Of a stretch of DNA of 64,000 nt, positions 1 to 10,401 are shown in pieces. A program made the position numbers and the translations under genes. Below the pieces are notes generated by a model. That model did not search any database and was not told where the DNA came from. It worked only from the letters and a program-made list of their open reading frames with translations. Within the stretch, counting starts at the first letter, position 1; each line of letters opens with the position of its first letter. This DNA is from Candidatus Freyarchaeum deiterrae (GTDB taxonomy: Archaea; Asgardarchaeota; Jordiarchaeia; Jordiarchaeales; Jordiarchaeaceae), in the NCBI GenBank assembly GCA_037305845.1, contig CP147778.1, positions 288,001-352,000 on the forward strand, given 5' to 3'.

Positions 1-885
1 TGCAAGTTTTAAGTCTATTACTGGTGGCCCTTTACTCCAATCAAAGAATCCTCTACCGCTTTTCTTCCCCAATCTTCCATCTCTAATCATCGTTAATAAC
101 AGGTTCTCGGGAAATTCGAGGCGTTTTCCATAAGCTTTGCGGAAAATCCTGCTGACTTCTAATGCAACGTCTAATCCAATTTGATCGACGGCTTCAGCAA
201 GGCCGGTGGATATTCCTAGCGCCCTGAATGAGGCGTCTAGCTCCTCGGGTGTTACTTCTCCTCTCTGGATTGCCCATAGGGCGTCTTTACTAAGGCCTTC
301 GAGAACTCTGTTGAGGACGGCTCCATTCATATCCTTCTCTAAGGTCACAGGTGTTTTCCCTATCTTTTCAGCTACTCCTGCTATTGTTTTCAGGGTTTCT
401 TCGCTAGTCTGTTCGCCCTTCATCACCTCTACTAGAGGGCTTAGAATTGGTGGATTCGAGAAGTGCATGAGCCCAATCCTGTCTGCTCCTTTCAATCCCT
501 TAGCTATATCTGAGACCCTCAGACTCGAGGTGTTAGTAGCGAGAACCACCTCTTGGGGAAGCGTGTTATCTAGCTCTTTGAAAAGCTTTCTCTTTATGCT
601 CAAGTCCTCTTTTACAGCCTCAAGGACGAAGTCCACATCCTTAACGTCTTCCAGCTTAGTGGCAACAGTTATTTTTTCTCGGACTGTTTCGAATTCTTTC
701 CTTGTCACCCCAAGTGCGTGAAGCTCATCCATTGTCCTCTTCTGTTTCTCTGCCAGCCTATCCAACGCCGCCTGTGATATATCATTTACAACCACGTCAA
801 AATCTGAGAAGGCGAAGAGAAGAGAAAAATCAGACCCCATCGTTCCTGCACCAATGACAGCAACGCGATTTATCTTATCAGCCAT
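1..885 (-). CDS. 3-hydroxyacyl-CoA dehydrogenase (partial, runs off window start); tandem paralog of 1059..2288
   Basis: Translated by hand from ATG at 885: MADKINRVAVIGAGTMGSDF...; GxGxxG Rossmann motif, EAVKEDL, SNTSSL, HFSNPP. Absent from the ORF track because there is no stop in the window. Confidence 0.9.
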   Translation of the reverse strand, partial: MADKINRVAVIGAGTMGSDFSLLFAFSDFDVVVNDISQAALDRLAEKQKRTMDELHALGVTRKEFETVREKITVATKLEDVKDVDFVLEAVKEDLSIKRKLFKELDNTLPQEVVLATNTSSLRVSDIAKGLKGADRIGLMHFSNPPILSPLVEVMKGEQTSEETLKTIAGVAEKIGKTPVTLEKDMNGAVLNRVLEGLSKDALWAIQRGEVTPEELDASFRALGISTGLAEAVDQIGLDVALEVSRIFRKAYGKRLEFPENLLLTMIRDGRLGKKSGRGFFDWSKGPPVIDLKLA

Positions 886-1058
886 ATAAACATCTACTCC
901 AATAATATAGCTTTAAGAAACTAACATTTATAAAAATATATTAGTTACCTGCCTCTAAATGATTCTCTATTACAGTAATTTTCTATTACAAAAAAATAGT
1001 ATGAGAGGACTTTTGCCTCCCTTTTAACTAATCTTACTCAAACAATCTATAGTTCGTC

Positions 1059-2288
1059 TTAGGGACTGACCTTTATAGTTTCTGCAAGTGCTGGTGCAGG
1101 TGCAGGGTATGTGTAGAATCCTCTTCCCGCAGCTTTACCTGTCCATCCTTTGTTCACGTATTCTACGAGCAGTGGGCAGGGCTTGTATACTTCTAATCCA
1201 GTTTTCTTGTACCTTTCCTTCAGGATGTCGAGCAGTTTATCTAGCCCTATGGCGTCTGCCAGTTCTCCAATTCCGACTAGAGACCTGAATCCGAGCATGA
1301 CAATCTTGTTTATGGTTTCTGCGTCTGCTACTTTGTCCCTGAGTAACCAGAAGGCTTCGTTAGTTGTGACGGCTATAGTTCTTGTAGCATCGTATTTTCC
1401 CTCGAGCTTCATGTCTATCACAGGGTTTCCTTTACTCCAGTCGAAGAATCCTTGTCCGCTCTTCTTTCCCAGTTTCCCTTCTTTAATTCTGGCTTCCAAC
1501 ATTTTCTCGGGTACACGGAAGCGTTCTCCGTAAACCCTGCGGTAGTTCTTGCTCATGGCTAGCATAATATCTAATCCTACTAAATCTGCGCCTATTGGAA
1601 ACCCTACGGGGAATCCAATCAATCTGTGCCGGACTTCAATTTCCTCTGGTGTTACTTCTTTCTTATGAATCGCCCATAAGGCTTCGGTTCCGGCACTCAT
1701 TAGAATTCTGTCGAGTACCATACCATTCACGTCTTTTCTAAGAACCACTGGGGTTTTCCCGATTTTCTCAGCTACCCAAAATATTGCCCTGAGGGTTTCT
1801 TCAGTGGTTTTTTCTCCCTTCACCACTTCCACTAGTGGACTTTGAATCGGTGGATTTGAGAAATGCATTCCTCCGAGTCTTTTCGCTCCCTTTAATCCTT
1901 TAGCTATATCTGTGGTTCTTATGCTTGAAGTGTTAGTGGCAAAAATCACGCGCATTGGGAGCTTCTTATCAAGTTTCTTGAAAACTTTTCTCTTCGCATC
2001 CAGATCCTCAGCCACGGCCTCTAGCACGAAGTCTACGTCTTTAATGTCGGCTAGGTTAGTTGTTGTGGTTATTCTTTTCTCAACATCTTCGTACGTTTCC
2101 TGTGTTATTCCCGCTGCACGAATCTCATCCATTGACGCTCTCTGTTTATCTCCCAGCCTGTCCAATGCCTCCTTTGACCTGTCAATTACGATAACGTCAA
2201 AGTCAGCAAAGGCTAATAGAAGTGAAAGATCAGAACCCATAGTTCCCGCCCCGATAACGGCGGTACGTCTAATCGTATCAAAAGACAT
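1059..2288 (-). CDS. 3-hydroxyacyl-CoA dehydrogenase with duplicated C-terminal dimerisation domain
   Basis: VIGAGTMG, EAVAEDL, TNTSS, HFSNPP; two GxxGxKxGxGF(F/Y) C-terminal motifs. Confidence 0.92.
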   Translation of the reverse strand: MSFDTIRRTAVIGAGTMGSDLSLLLAFADFDVIVIDRSKEALDRLGDKQRASMDEIRAAGITQETYEDVEKRITTTTNLADIKDVDFVLEAVAEDLDAKRKVFKKLDKKLPMRVIFATNTSSIRTTDIAKGLKGAKRLGGMHFSNPPIQSPLVEVVKGEKTTEETLRAIFWVAEKIGKTPVVLRKDVNGMVLDRILMSAGTEALWAIHKKEVTPEEIEVRHRLIGFPVGFPIGADLVGLDIMLAMSKNYRRVYGERFRVPEKMLEARIKEGKLGKKSGQGFFDWSKGNPVIDMKLEGKYDATRTIAVTTNEAFWLLRDKVADAETINKIVMLGFRSLVGIGELADAIGLDKLLDILKERYKKTGLEVYKPCPLLVEYVNKGWTGKAAGRGFYTYPAPAPALAETIKVSP

Positions 2289-2605
2289 GTGTGTTTATCC
2301 CTCCAATATTCCTTCAGATTTTTTAATCCCCAACTGCCTAAATTTTTAGGCTCAAACACATCGTCAAAAACAGGCAATAAGTTGCAGTATTTAAATGTTT
2401 TTTAGAATGACCACTAATATTCTCGAGAGAATTTCACACTCGCTTTTATCTACAAGAGTTCATGTACTTCTCATTACTTTAATAAGAAAATCGTGGCTGA
2501 TTTTTTTTATTCATGCTATTGGTTACGAGAGAAGAATAAGATGTGAATAAGATATAATTAGTCACACAAAAAAAAGAAAGAGATAGAGATGGTTTAATTT
2601 TGCGG

Positions 2606-4321
2606 TTAGACTAATTTACCTACGAATATAACGCCGGATCCGATTGCTGCAGCGGGTCCCATGCTACTGATAACTATGCTGATATTGCCGAGTTCCCCGG
2701 TGCCCTTATACACTTCAAGGTTGCTCAGAGATTTTTGCGAGACAATGCTCCAAATAGCACTTATGCTGTCTGTTTCGAGGTTGATTGTGCTTGCGTTAAT
2801 GAAGATTGTTGTTTTGCCGGAGGTCCAACTATTGTTGCTATTTATTATACCGAATCCTATGAGCATCCTGTGGCTGATTAACCACTGATAGGTGGGTACA
2901 TTGACTTTTCCTGCACTGTATACACCGGCATAGACATCGAGGTGGCCGAATCCGAATAGGATATTTTCAGTGATGTCTGGATTAGCGATTCCGTTTGGTA
3001 CGGGTAGTCCAAAGAGTATAAGTCCAAATTTCCCACTGGTGAAACTAAGTAGTGGAACGTTTATTTGGATGTAGTGATCATCGAAATCGAATGTTACATA
3101 CGGGGAGTTATTCCAATTCTGTATGTTAGTGGTTTCTAAGCCTAGCCTATTTGGCCACCACCTGTCGAATGTCGATTCTATTCGTATATCTATGCTAGCG
3201 TTGCCGTAGCCGGGATATATGTTACTAATCGCACCCGGTAGAACGTGAATAGCGGTGTATATAACATACGCGCAGAAATCTGTGATAGTTAAATTAGCCC
3301 AGGGTTGTCCAGTTATGGGATTATTAGTTTGATTTGTGGGAATGGCGCCGGTAGCATTAGCGGGAGCATTGGGATTAGCTATGGCGTATAGATATAGAGA
3401 TCTCCCTCCTGGGGTAGCACCTAGAGCAGAGTTGTATACGTCCATCGCCCATAGTCCGGCTAAGTTCATGAGGTTTAAGTCTTGAGTTAGGTTGTCTGTG
3501 TTGGTCACAGCACTAAAAACCTTTCCTCCAGGCCCACCATCGAGTAGGATTATTCCCTTTAAGTCTTGTGCCCAGTATAGCGATGCGTAGTTCATCGCTG
3601 CGATTCCACCGAAGCTCTCACCTGCCATGTAGATTTTGTTGGCTCCGGATATGACTTTGGTTGCTTCTACGGCTGCTTTTATGTCACCTATCCACTGATC
3701 CCAGCCCCAGTTCTGCATGAATGATAGGTTGCTCAGGTTCAGGTTTTCGGGTACGTAGTGTGTTCTGTAGTTTATGGAGTAGACATCGAAGCCTCTATTC
3801 GCTAGGTATGGAGCTATGCTGAAGTTTTCAGTAGTGTTGTAAGGGGAGCCAGGCGGGTTCGTGAGCAGTTGATCACCGCTGCTCCATGTTCCGGGGTTGA
3901 TGAAAACTACTCCCTTGCTCGGAAGTTGGCTTGGGTCCACCAGTCTAACTAGACCGATTTCATCGTAGGGACCGTAGGGCGGTCGAGCGGTTACCCATGA
4001 ATACTGCTTCAGATTGGAGTAGGCACCAAAAGTCACACCGTTCACTGTCAGATTCCACCCATCGAAAGATTTAGCTAATATTGTAGTAGAACCGGTTATG
4101 CTTACCGATTTAGAATTTGTAGACGATGTAGCGGCAGACATTGAACCAGTGAGATTTGCCAAAATAAGGTTGGAGGAATTTGCTGACGCGGAAGTTACTG
4201 AGACCGCAGTAGCGGTAAACATTAGTCCAATAACTACTAAAGCTACTAAAGCCGAAATTTTAGCCTTGTGCGTTTCTTCCTTCTCTCCTCTTATCTGGGT
4301 ATTTGTTTCATTGCGCCCCAC
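2606..4321 (-). CDS. Secreted/surface alpha/beta-fold hydrolase (lipase/esterase-like)
   Basis: N-terminal hydrophobic signal/TM segment; nucleophile elbow GESFG; late GHLD histidine motif; Asn/Ser/Thr-rich. Confidence 0.75.
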   Translation of the reverse strand: MGRNETNTQIRGEKEETHKAKISALVALVVIGLMFTATAVSVTSASANSSNLILANLTGSMSAATSSTNSKSVSITGSTTILAKSFDGWNLTVNGVTFGAYSNLKQYSWVTARPPYGPYDEIGLVRLVDPSQLPSKGVVFINPGTWSSGDQLLTNPPGSPYNTTENFSIAPYLANRGFDVYSINYRTHYVPENLNLSNLSFMQNWGWDQWIGDIKAAVEATKVISGANKIYMAGESFGGIAAMNYASLYWAQDLKGIILLDGGPGGKVFSAVTNTDNLTQDLNLMNLAGLWAMDVYNSALGATPGGRSLYLYAIANPNAPANATGAIPTNQTNNPITGQPWANLTITDFCAYVIYTAIHVLPGAISNIYPGYGNASIDIRIESTFDRWWPNRLGLETTNIQNWNNSPYVTFDFDDHYIQINVPLLSFTSGKFGLILFGLPVPNGIANPDITENILFGFGHLDVYAGVYSAGKVNVPTYQWLISHRMLIGFGIINSNNSWTSGKTTIFINASTINLETDSISAIWSIVSQKSLSNLEVYKGTGELGNISIVISSMGPAAAIGSGVIFVGKLV

Positions 4322-4655
4322 ACTCGGCGCTCTGAAAGGGAAGCCCCATGAAGATAAGTGTGTGATAACTTTACTTCATAAAAACTCCCTTTCGCCAAGT
4401 TTTCTTGTATAACTTATATAAAAGCCTTTGTGTTGAGAAAGCAAGGTAGTGCCTTGAAGAAAAACGGAGAAGAAAAAATTAGAAAATCTTTACAAATCTT
4501 TTTGTAAAAATAGAATATTTAAAAACAATTACCTCGCTATTGCTAAACCCTTGATAAGAACCGAGGAATATTGGAGTTTAATGGCAATTTGAATATTATG
4601 GGGGGGGGTAAAAAATTTTTAATTCGAAAAAAAGTGGTGAGGGATAAAAGCTCGA

Positions 4656-4841
4656 TTAGAAATCTTCGTCGAATTCCTCTTCATCTTCGCCGAATTCCTT
4701 TGCTTTGCCGAATTCCTCTTCTTCCTCTTCTTCCTCTTCCTCTTCTCTGACTTTCTTTTCCTTTCCTTTAGCAGGTTTTGCTTTAGCGGGTTTTTCTTTA
4801 GCAGGTTTTGAGAATTGAGGTTTCTTTCCTTTTCCAGCCAT
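4656..4841 (-). CDS. Small 61-aa bipolar disordered protein (KPAK-repeat basic N-terminus, poly-Glu acidic C-terminus)
   Basis: Strong SD (AAGGAGGT) just upstream of ATG; strongly biased, protein-like composition. Confidence 0.75.
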   Translation of the reverse strand: MAGKGKKPQFSKPAKEKPAKAKPAKGKEKKVREEEEEEEEEEEFGKAKEFGEDEEEFDEDF

Positions 4842-5267
4842 TTTACGACCTCCTTATACCTATTTTTAAGCTCTAAGGAAGTTAATAGTGCATTATACTG
4901 ATTCACCTTTTATTATTTTAAGGATTTTCCCACAAATGCAGAAAACTTAGCACCAGTCAAGTTTTCACAGTAATGTAATCATCGCCCCAATTACAGCCAG
5001 CAAGAAACTTTAGCGCCTTTCCCAACCCAAAATATTTTGTAGTCGAAAAAATGAAATCTTTTTGGTAAATTAATTCTTTTTCAGTGTGATGACAAAAAAG
5101 TTCGGTTTAGGCATCGATTGTGAGTGGCGTGTAAGATGCAAATTCTTTTAACCCGTAAGATGCCTTTGAATCCTTAGATTTGTCTGTTTAATTAGTTTCG
5201 CTGTGACTGGCATGCCTTTAATCGTGAAAGGTTTAACAAGTGATACTCATCTCCTGGGGTGAATTGA

Positions 5268-5933
5268 GTGATTATTGTGGACAATCGTGAAAATAGAAGT
5301 ATAGTTCCCAAGCAGCTGGAAAAGTTTGGGGTAGAAATTCGGTTTGCGGATTTACCTGTAGGCGACTATTTGTTAAGTGATACTTTGTGCGTTGAGAGGA
5401 AGGAGATTAATGATTACGTCTCCAGCTTAACTTCTGGGCACCTTCACGCTCAGCTTTACGACCTCAGCACAAATTTTGAAGTGAGCTACCTTATTGTGGA
5501 GGGAATAATTTCGGAAGTTTTGATGTATCGAAAAATTAAGAGGGAGGTTTACCTCTCATCGCTGGCGGGTGCCTCGCTTAGAAGGAGCTCGGAGGGTAAG
5601 AAGGGAATAGTTCAAATAATCAATCTCGAAACAGCGTTTGACACAGCGGTTTTTTTGAAGAATCTAAACGAAAGGGTGGGAAGCAATGAACCTCGCATTC
5701 CCAGAATTTCGAGAGTAAAATGTGGGGCGGGCGATCAGCTCATATTTATTGTGTCGTCGCTTCCCGGGATTGGTGAGATTCGGGCGAAGAAGCTTTTGGA
5801 ACACTTCGGGGATCTTAGAAGGCTGGTTAATGCGGATGCGGATGAGATAGCCAGTATTCGGGGAATAGGGACAAAAACAGCGAGAGAGATACAAAAGCTG
5901 TTTGTTAAAAAGTACGATGGAGGGGACGAATAA
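5268..5933 (+). CDS. xpf: ERCC4/XPF-family structure-specific endonuclease, short form (nuclease + HhH2, no helicase)
   Basis: IVDNRE, GDY, VERKxxxD catalytic motif; LPGIG and IRGIG helix-hairpin-helix motifs. Confidence 0.9.
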   Translation: MIIVDNRENRSIVPKQLEKFGVEIRFADLPVGDYLLSDTLCVERKEINDYVSSLTSGHLHAQLYDLSTNFEVSYLIVEGIISEVLMYRKIKREVYLSSLAGASLRRSSEGKKGIVQIINLETAFDTAVFLKNLNERVGSNEPRIPRISRVKCGAGDQLIFIVSSLPGIGEIRAKKLLEHFGDLRRLVNADADEIASIRGIGTKTAREIQKLFVKKYDGGDE

Positions 5934-6029
5934 ATGATAACAAAACTCGTCTCCTTCAACCACAGTCTGTAAAAAGTTGTGGATGATATTAATCAAGCGA
6001 AACTTCATGAGTTTAATGTTGGTTGTTTT

Positions 6030-6962
6030 TCATATTGGTGCGGGGTAGGGCATCCCTCTCCTGAGTTCTGCAGCTTCAACAGTGTTTTCGACTCTTTTGA
6101 CGGTATCTTCGTCAACATCCAGCTCTCTTGCTATTTCGTCGCTTCTCATTCCTTTTTCTAAACAGTATAGTATGGGATCTAGTGTTTCGTATTTTATACC
6201 TATTATAGTTTCAGCCGTGGCTATTGTTCCCAAGATCATATCGGGACTTGAAGGTTTCTCTGTTATGTTTTTTGGGACTCCTAGGTACTCACCGAACTGT
6301 TTTACCTGAGTTTTGTAAAGGTTCTTAATCGGCGCGATTTCGGCGGCTCCGTCCCCATGTTCATCATAATTACTTACAAGCCATTCCGTCTTGGTTGACG
6401 TTCCTACGACTAATAGTTTTCTTAGACAGCCCTGATGGAAGAGTATTACGCTTCTTAGTCTTACTTTTGGAAGGACGAAGCAGTACGCGCGCGTACCGGC
6501 CTTGAAGTCAATTATTGGTAAATATTTTGGTTTGGCTTCGAAAGTGGCCGATCTAAATGTTTCTGCTAGCCGCTCCATGAGTAACTTTTTATCCTTCACG
6601 ATTTCGTCTGTAAGTGAATCGTATACTCCTATTTTCCTAAGTATCGGGGTTAGATCAAACGTCTCATACTTTATTTTCAGTTTTTTGGCCAGCTGCTCCG
6701 CATCTTTCATGTTTTGTGGTTCGCTGTCTCTATCCGGCATCAAAAGACCAAACACTTTATCGGGCCCTAAAGCCCTAACACTTAAAGCAACCGTAACACT
6801 CGAGTCCAGACCACCACTCAGACCAACAATAGCACCTTCTTTCCTGAAACTTTGGACAGAACTCCTTATAAAATCCTCAATTTTTTCAGACACGGACTCA
6901 TAATCCAGTGTTAATGACTCGTAAATAGAGGCTTTCATAACAACCCTCCTTTTGGCAACCAC
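6030..6962 (-). CDS. nadE: NH3-dependent NAD+ synthetase
   Basis: GLSGGLDS PP-loop, RLR, LYKTQV, KPSSPD motifs. Confidence 0.88.
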   Translation of the reverse strand: MVAKRRVVMKASIYESLTLDYESVSEKIEDFIRSSVQSFRKEGAIVGLSGGLDSSVTVALSVRALGPDKVFGLLMPDRDSEPQNMKDAEQLAKKLKIKYETFDLTPILRKIGVYDSLTDEIVKDKKLLMERLAETFRSATFEAKPKYLPIIDFKAGTRAYCFVLPKVRLRSVILFHQGCLRKLLVVGTSTKTEWLVSNYDEHGDGAAEIAPIKNLYKTQVKQFGEYLGVPKNITEKPSSPDMILGTIATAETIIGIKYETLDPILYCLEKGMRSDEIARELDVDEDTVKRVENTVEAAELRRGMPYPAPI

Positions 6963-7099
6963 TCCACTATAGAGTAGAATAGAAGAAAAACATAGACCTC
7001 ATTTCTGAGGAATATATTTTGGACTTTAATTTGGAGTTCTTTTCTAATAAACTCTACTGTTATCCCGCTATTACAGTTTTTATAGTGGTCTTGGAATGC

Positions 7100-8560
7100 T
7101 CACTCTATAGGTGTAAATCTGGTCTGTATGTCTCTTTCTGAGATATTCAAGCCTGTTATGTACATTTTTGTTTTGGGGATCTCTCCGTAAAACACGATGC
7201 TCCCGTCTATATTTTCGAATTTGAGGTAAGATGACGCCACTTGAGTTGGCAGTCTTAAATTCTCGTGTCCGAATTGAAACATTATCATGATACCGTTTAG
7301 TTGTTTTATTCTTTCAATCCAAGTTTGAATTATTTTTGTAAGCTCCTTCGTTCCATAAATGTACGCCATTGTGTCACTTGCAATTGTAACAAAGATGGTA
7401 TCCGCTTGAACCTCGTCTAAAACTTTAACAGCCAACTCTGTTAAACTATTAAGATCTTCGATGAAATTTTCTCCCTTCAAAAAGTGTGTATCATACGTTT
7501 CAGTATTAAGTGGAGCGTTTTCTGAGGGTAAGAATACATGGAAACATTTCTTTAAATACTTAAGAGAATTATCTCCTAAAGAAGAGACTAACTTTTCACC
7601 TAAATCAGAGGAGGGTTCACTTTTTACAACATCATAGGAGAAGAGACCCTTAGAGGGAATGGTAAAGACAGGATAGCCCTGAAGGACGAAATTTAAAAAT
7701 ATGGGGCTCACAATACCAGCGTGGTCTGACCCCACCATGTTACCTATATCTAGTACGTTGAAGGATTTCCTTTCGAAGCCTCCTCCCAATATTTTGTCTA
7801 ACTCAGTTACTAAAGTGGGAATTTTTAATCCTTTCTTCTTTTCAAATTTTGGTAATTCCGCACGTACAACGTTTATTTTAATACCCTTATCAAAGGCCAT
7901 AAATCTGCCATCTTTGAGAGTAAAAAGATAAGTGGGGTATTCTATTTTTGTTCCTCTAACTTTTTCAATGTACAATTTTCTTAAAAGTCTTCCATTCACG
8001 ACCTCTTTTTCCAGCCTTATTACTCCGTCCACAAGATAGTCCAATTTACTTTCCGAAGATAATTCACTTATGAAAATTACTTTAGCATTTAATTTATTTG
8101 CGATTTCTAGGATATCACTTTCCATGCTAAAGTCATCACATGGAATTTTCAGATTTGATTTTAAGGCGTCCAAACTGTCCACAATAATGCTGGTTTTTTC
8201 TCCTTTAGAATCCATAACCCTTGAGTACAAACTTCTCAAGAAACTTGGTTTATCAACGTATTCAAAAAGTGCTTCTTGCTTAGTGTCAGAATACAAGTTG
8301 GCATTAGCGTCTAAAACGTTTTCTTGGTGAATACAAGACTTAGACCATGGAAACTGTTCGTAGAGTCTTTCGGGAGAAACCCTTGTCGACAAGTACACCG
8401 CCCTGCAATTCTCTGGAAAAAGCCTCAAAAGTTCGAGGGCCATGGTGGTTTTACCTGTACCGGCATTGCCCTTAATGTGAAGAGAGAAGGTACGAGATTC
8501 TAATGCTTGAATAATTTCCTGAGGAACATTTAGGGTTAAAATAGCTAACCGCACCCCCAT
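7100..8560 (-). CDS. RAD55/KaiC-like P-loop ATPase, GvpD-like (second ATPase domain degenerate)
   Basis: KGNAGTGKTT Walker A, IIVDS Walker B, YLVDGVIRL and IEKVRG KaiC-type motifs; second domain starts ELDKILGGG without an intact Walker A. Confidence 0.8.
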   Translation of the reverse strand: MGVRLAILTLNVPQEIIQALESRTFSLHIKGNAGTGKTTMALELLRLFPENCRAVYLSTRVSPERLYEQFPWSKSCIHQENVLDANANLYSDTKQEALFEYVDKPSFLRSLYSRVMDSKGEKTSIIVDSLDALKSNLKIPCDDFSMESDILEIANKLNAKVIFISELSSESKLDYLVDGVIRLEKEVVNGRLLRKLYIEKVRGTKIEYPTYLFTLKDGRFMAFDKGIKINVVRAELPKFEKKKGLKIPTLVTELDKILGGGFERKSFNVLDIGNMVGSDHAGIVSPIFLNFVLQGYPVFTIPSKGLFSYDVVKSEPSSDLGEKLVSSLGDNSLKYLKKCFHVFLPSENAPLNTETYDTHFLKGENFIEDLNSLTELAVKVLDEVQADTIFVTIASDTMAYIYGTKELTKIIQTWIERIKQLNGIMIMFQFGHENLRLPTQVASSYLKFENIDGSIVFYGEIPKTKMYITGLNISERDIQTRFTPIE

Positions 8561-8849
8561 AAATTGGTTTTTAAATCACATTTTTTGAGGTTTTAAGAAT
8601 GTAGTTTATAGATTTGTAAGTTATCATACCATAATGTTTCTTTTTTTTGTGAAATCGACAAAGTTATTTGAGAATATCAAAAAAGCAAAACTACATTTCT
8701 AAGAAATTACTTAGAATTCATTCTTATATTTCTATCTCCCTCTATTTCCTCTGGAAAAATGCTGTAAGGTGTAAAATCTATTTAAACAACCCTTTAGGGT
8801 AAAAAATCAATAATCAAAATGGCTATCTGACAAAGCATTGAGACGTCTA

Positions 8850-9617
8850 TTACATTTTTCCCTCCTGCCTCAATCTTCGAAGAAGTGGGTCTTCAATTCC
8901 TGCTTCCTCAAATCCTTTAGCTCTCAGAATACAGGAATCGCATTCACCGCAGGGAACCTCTCCGCCCTTGTAGCAGCTCCAAGTCCATTCTAGGGGTGCA
9001 TTTAACTGGGTTCCTAACTCCGCTATTTCCTTCTTGCCCTTGTAGAGAAGTGGAGTTTCTATTTTCATTTCGACATTATACTTGGTTCCAACTTTGCTTG
9101 CAACCTTCATCAGTTCGTTGATTTTCTCGTAAAATTCTGGTCGGCAGTCGGGGTAACCGGAATAGTCTAATGCGTTTGCAGCTATGAAAATTCTGGCTTC
9201 TATCTCCTTCGGTTTAATTTCGTCTTTTTCTATTTTGTACAGGATTTCGGATTCAAGATAAGCTGCGGCTAATGTAATGAGGAAGGTATTCCTCAGGGGG
9301 ACGTAAGTTATGGGGATGTCCTCTGCCATTTCCTCAGTACTTCGCCCTTCGGGAACAGCGAACAATTCAGGGGTGGTCAGTGCACTGTACCAGGCTACCT
9401 CATTGAATTGTGAAACGTTCACCACTTTGTGTGGTATGTTCAATTTTTCAGCGACCAGCTGAGCACATTTAACCTCCTTACTTAACCTCTGCCCGTAGTG
9501 AACTGTGAGAGCGTAGACTTCGTAGCCTAAACTTTTGGCATAGGCTGCGGTGGTTGTGGAGTCTAAACCTCCACTTAACAGTACGACACCTATCTTAACC
9601 ATAAATACTCTCCTCAA
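8850..9617 (-). CDS. queC: 7-cyano-7-deazaguanine (preQ0) synthase
   Basis: LSGGLDS, YVPLRN, YPDCRPEF, TWSCY...CGECDSC zinc motif. Confidence 0.95.
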   Translation of the reverse strand: MRRVFMVKIGVVLLSGGLDSTTTAAYAKSLGYEVYALTVHYGQRLSKEVKCAQLVAEKLNIPHKVVNVSQFNEVAWYSALTTPELFAVPEGRSTEEMAEDIPITYVPLRNTFLITLAAAYLESEILYKIEKDEIKPKEIEARIFIAANALDYSGYPDCRPEFYEKINELMKVASKVGTKYNVEMKIETPLLYKGKKEIAELGTQLNAPLEWTWSCYKGGEVPCGECDSCILRAKGFEEAGIEDPLLRRLRQEGKM

Positions 9618-9675
9618 CTATCTAGGTACCCCGATGTACACTATAAAAGTATGTCGATGGCACTATTAGAGTGTA

Positions 9676-10401
9676 TCACAGGTTTTCTTCCATTTTGCTC
9701 TCCTTAATATTCAGTTTTCCTTTCAAGTTCATGATTGTGATTATGGACTTGTGTGTTCCATCTTGGTCTCTGCTGAACACTAATTTAGCCCATTTGATGG
9801 ACGGATCGGACTGGTATTTCTTCTTAAGCTCATTAGCTCTCAAGAACGACTTAACCAATACTCTTTTTCTCCGTTCATTCGATTCAAATGAGTCATACAT
9901 TGAGTAGAGGCGTCCTGCAACGACCATCTTAACTTTGGGATTCCGAAAGTCCAGGTAAATCATATCCGCATCCACCGATTTGAAGAGCACGCCAAGAAGC
10001 CATTCCACCCGCCAATCCTCACTCGGCAAAGGGTTGGGGGACCTAGCATACTCTATATGCTCAGCGCCCCAGACGAAGAAGGGTATCACATCAATCATTC
10101 TGGCCACAGATTCTACTCCTTCTGGTGGAGGGAAGGGGCTTTCGAACTCGATTTCATATTCGCCTTTACCAACAGCCTCATCCAGAGCTTCGGTTAATTC
10201 GTCTACAAAGCTCTTCATGTCTTCAGCGGTTGGATCTTTGCGTTTAAACGCGTCTCCGTGATGTAGATAAATGACTCTATCGCCCTCAACCAAAGATTCT
10301 TCGCTGGGCATATCGTCAATAATCTCTCTGAGATCCACTTCCAAGAACGCGTTCAGATTCTCTATAACGCCTTTTTCCAAATTCCAATCTATATCAACCA
10401 T
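9676..10401 (-). CDS. Hypothetical protein (241 aa, acidic N-half, basic C-half)
   Basis: Long ORF with typical composition, co-oriented and close to queC; no recognisable motif. Confidence 0.7.
   Translation of the reverse strand: MVDIDWNLEKGVIENLNAFLEVDLREIIDDMPSEESLVEGDRVIYLHHGDAFKRKDPTAEDMKSFVDELTEALDEAVGKGEYEIEFESPFPPPEGVESVARMIDVIPFFVWGAEHIEYARSPNPLPSEDWRVEWLLGVLFKSVDADMIYLDFRNPKVKMVVAGRLYSMYDSFESNERRKRVLVKSFLRANELKKKYQSDPSIKWAKLVFSRDQDGTHKSIITIMNLKGKLNIKESKMEENL

Noticed and set aside
4600-4608. G9 homopolymer as a phase-variation switch
   Set aside because: Intergenic, ~280 bp from the next start codon, and no evidence of function from sequence alone.
4619-4906. 95-aa Lys/Arg-rich ORF
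   Set aside because: Alternative frame over the 61-aa gene, which has the clear SD; its composition follows from the GAA/GAG repeats.
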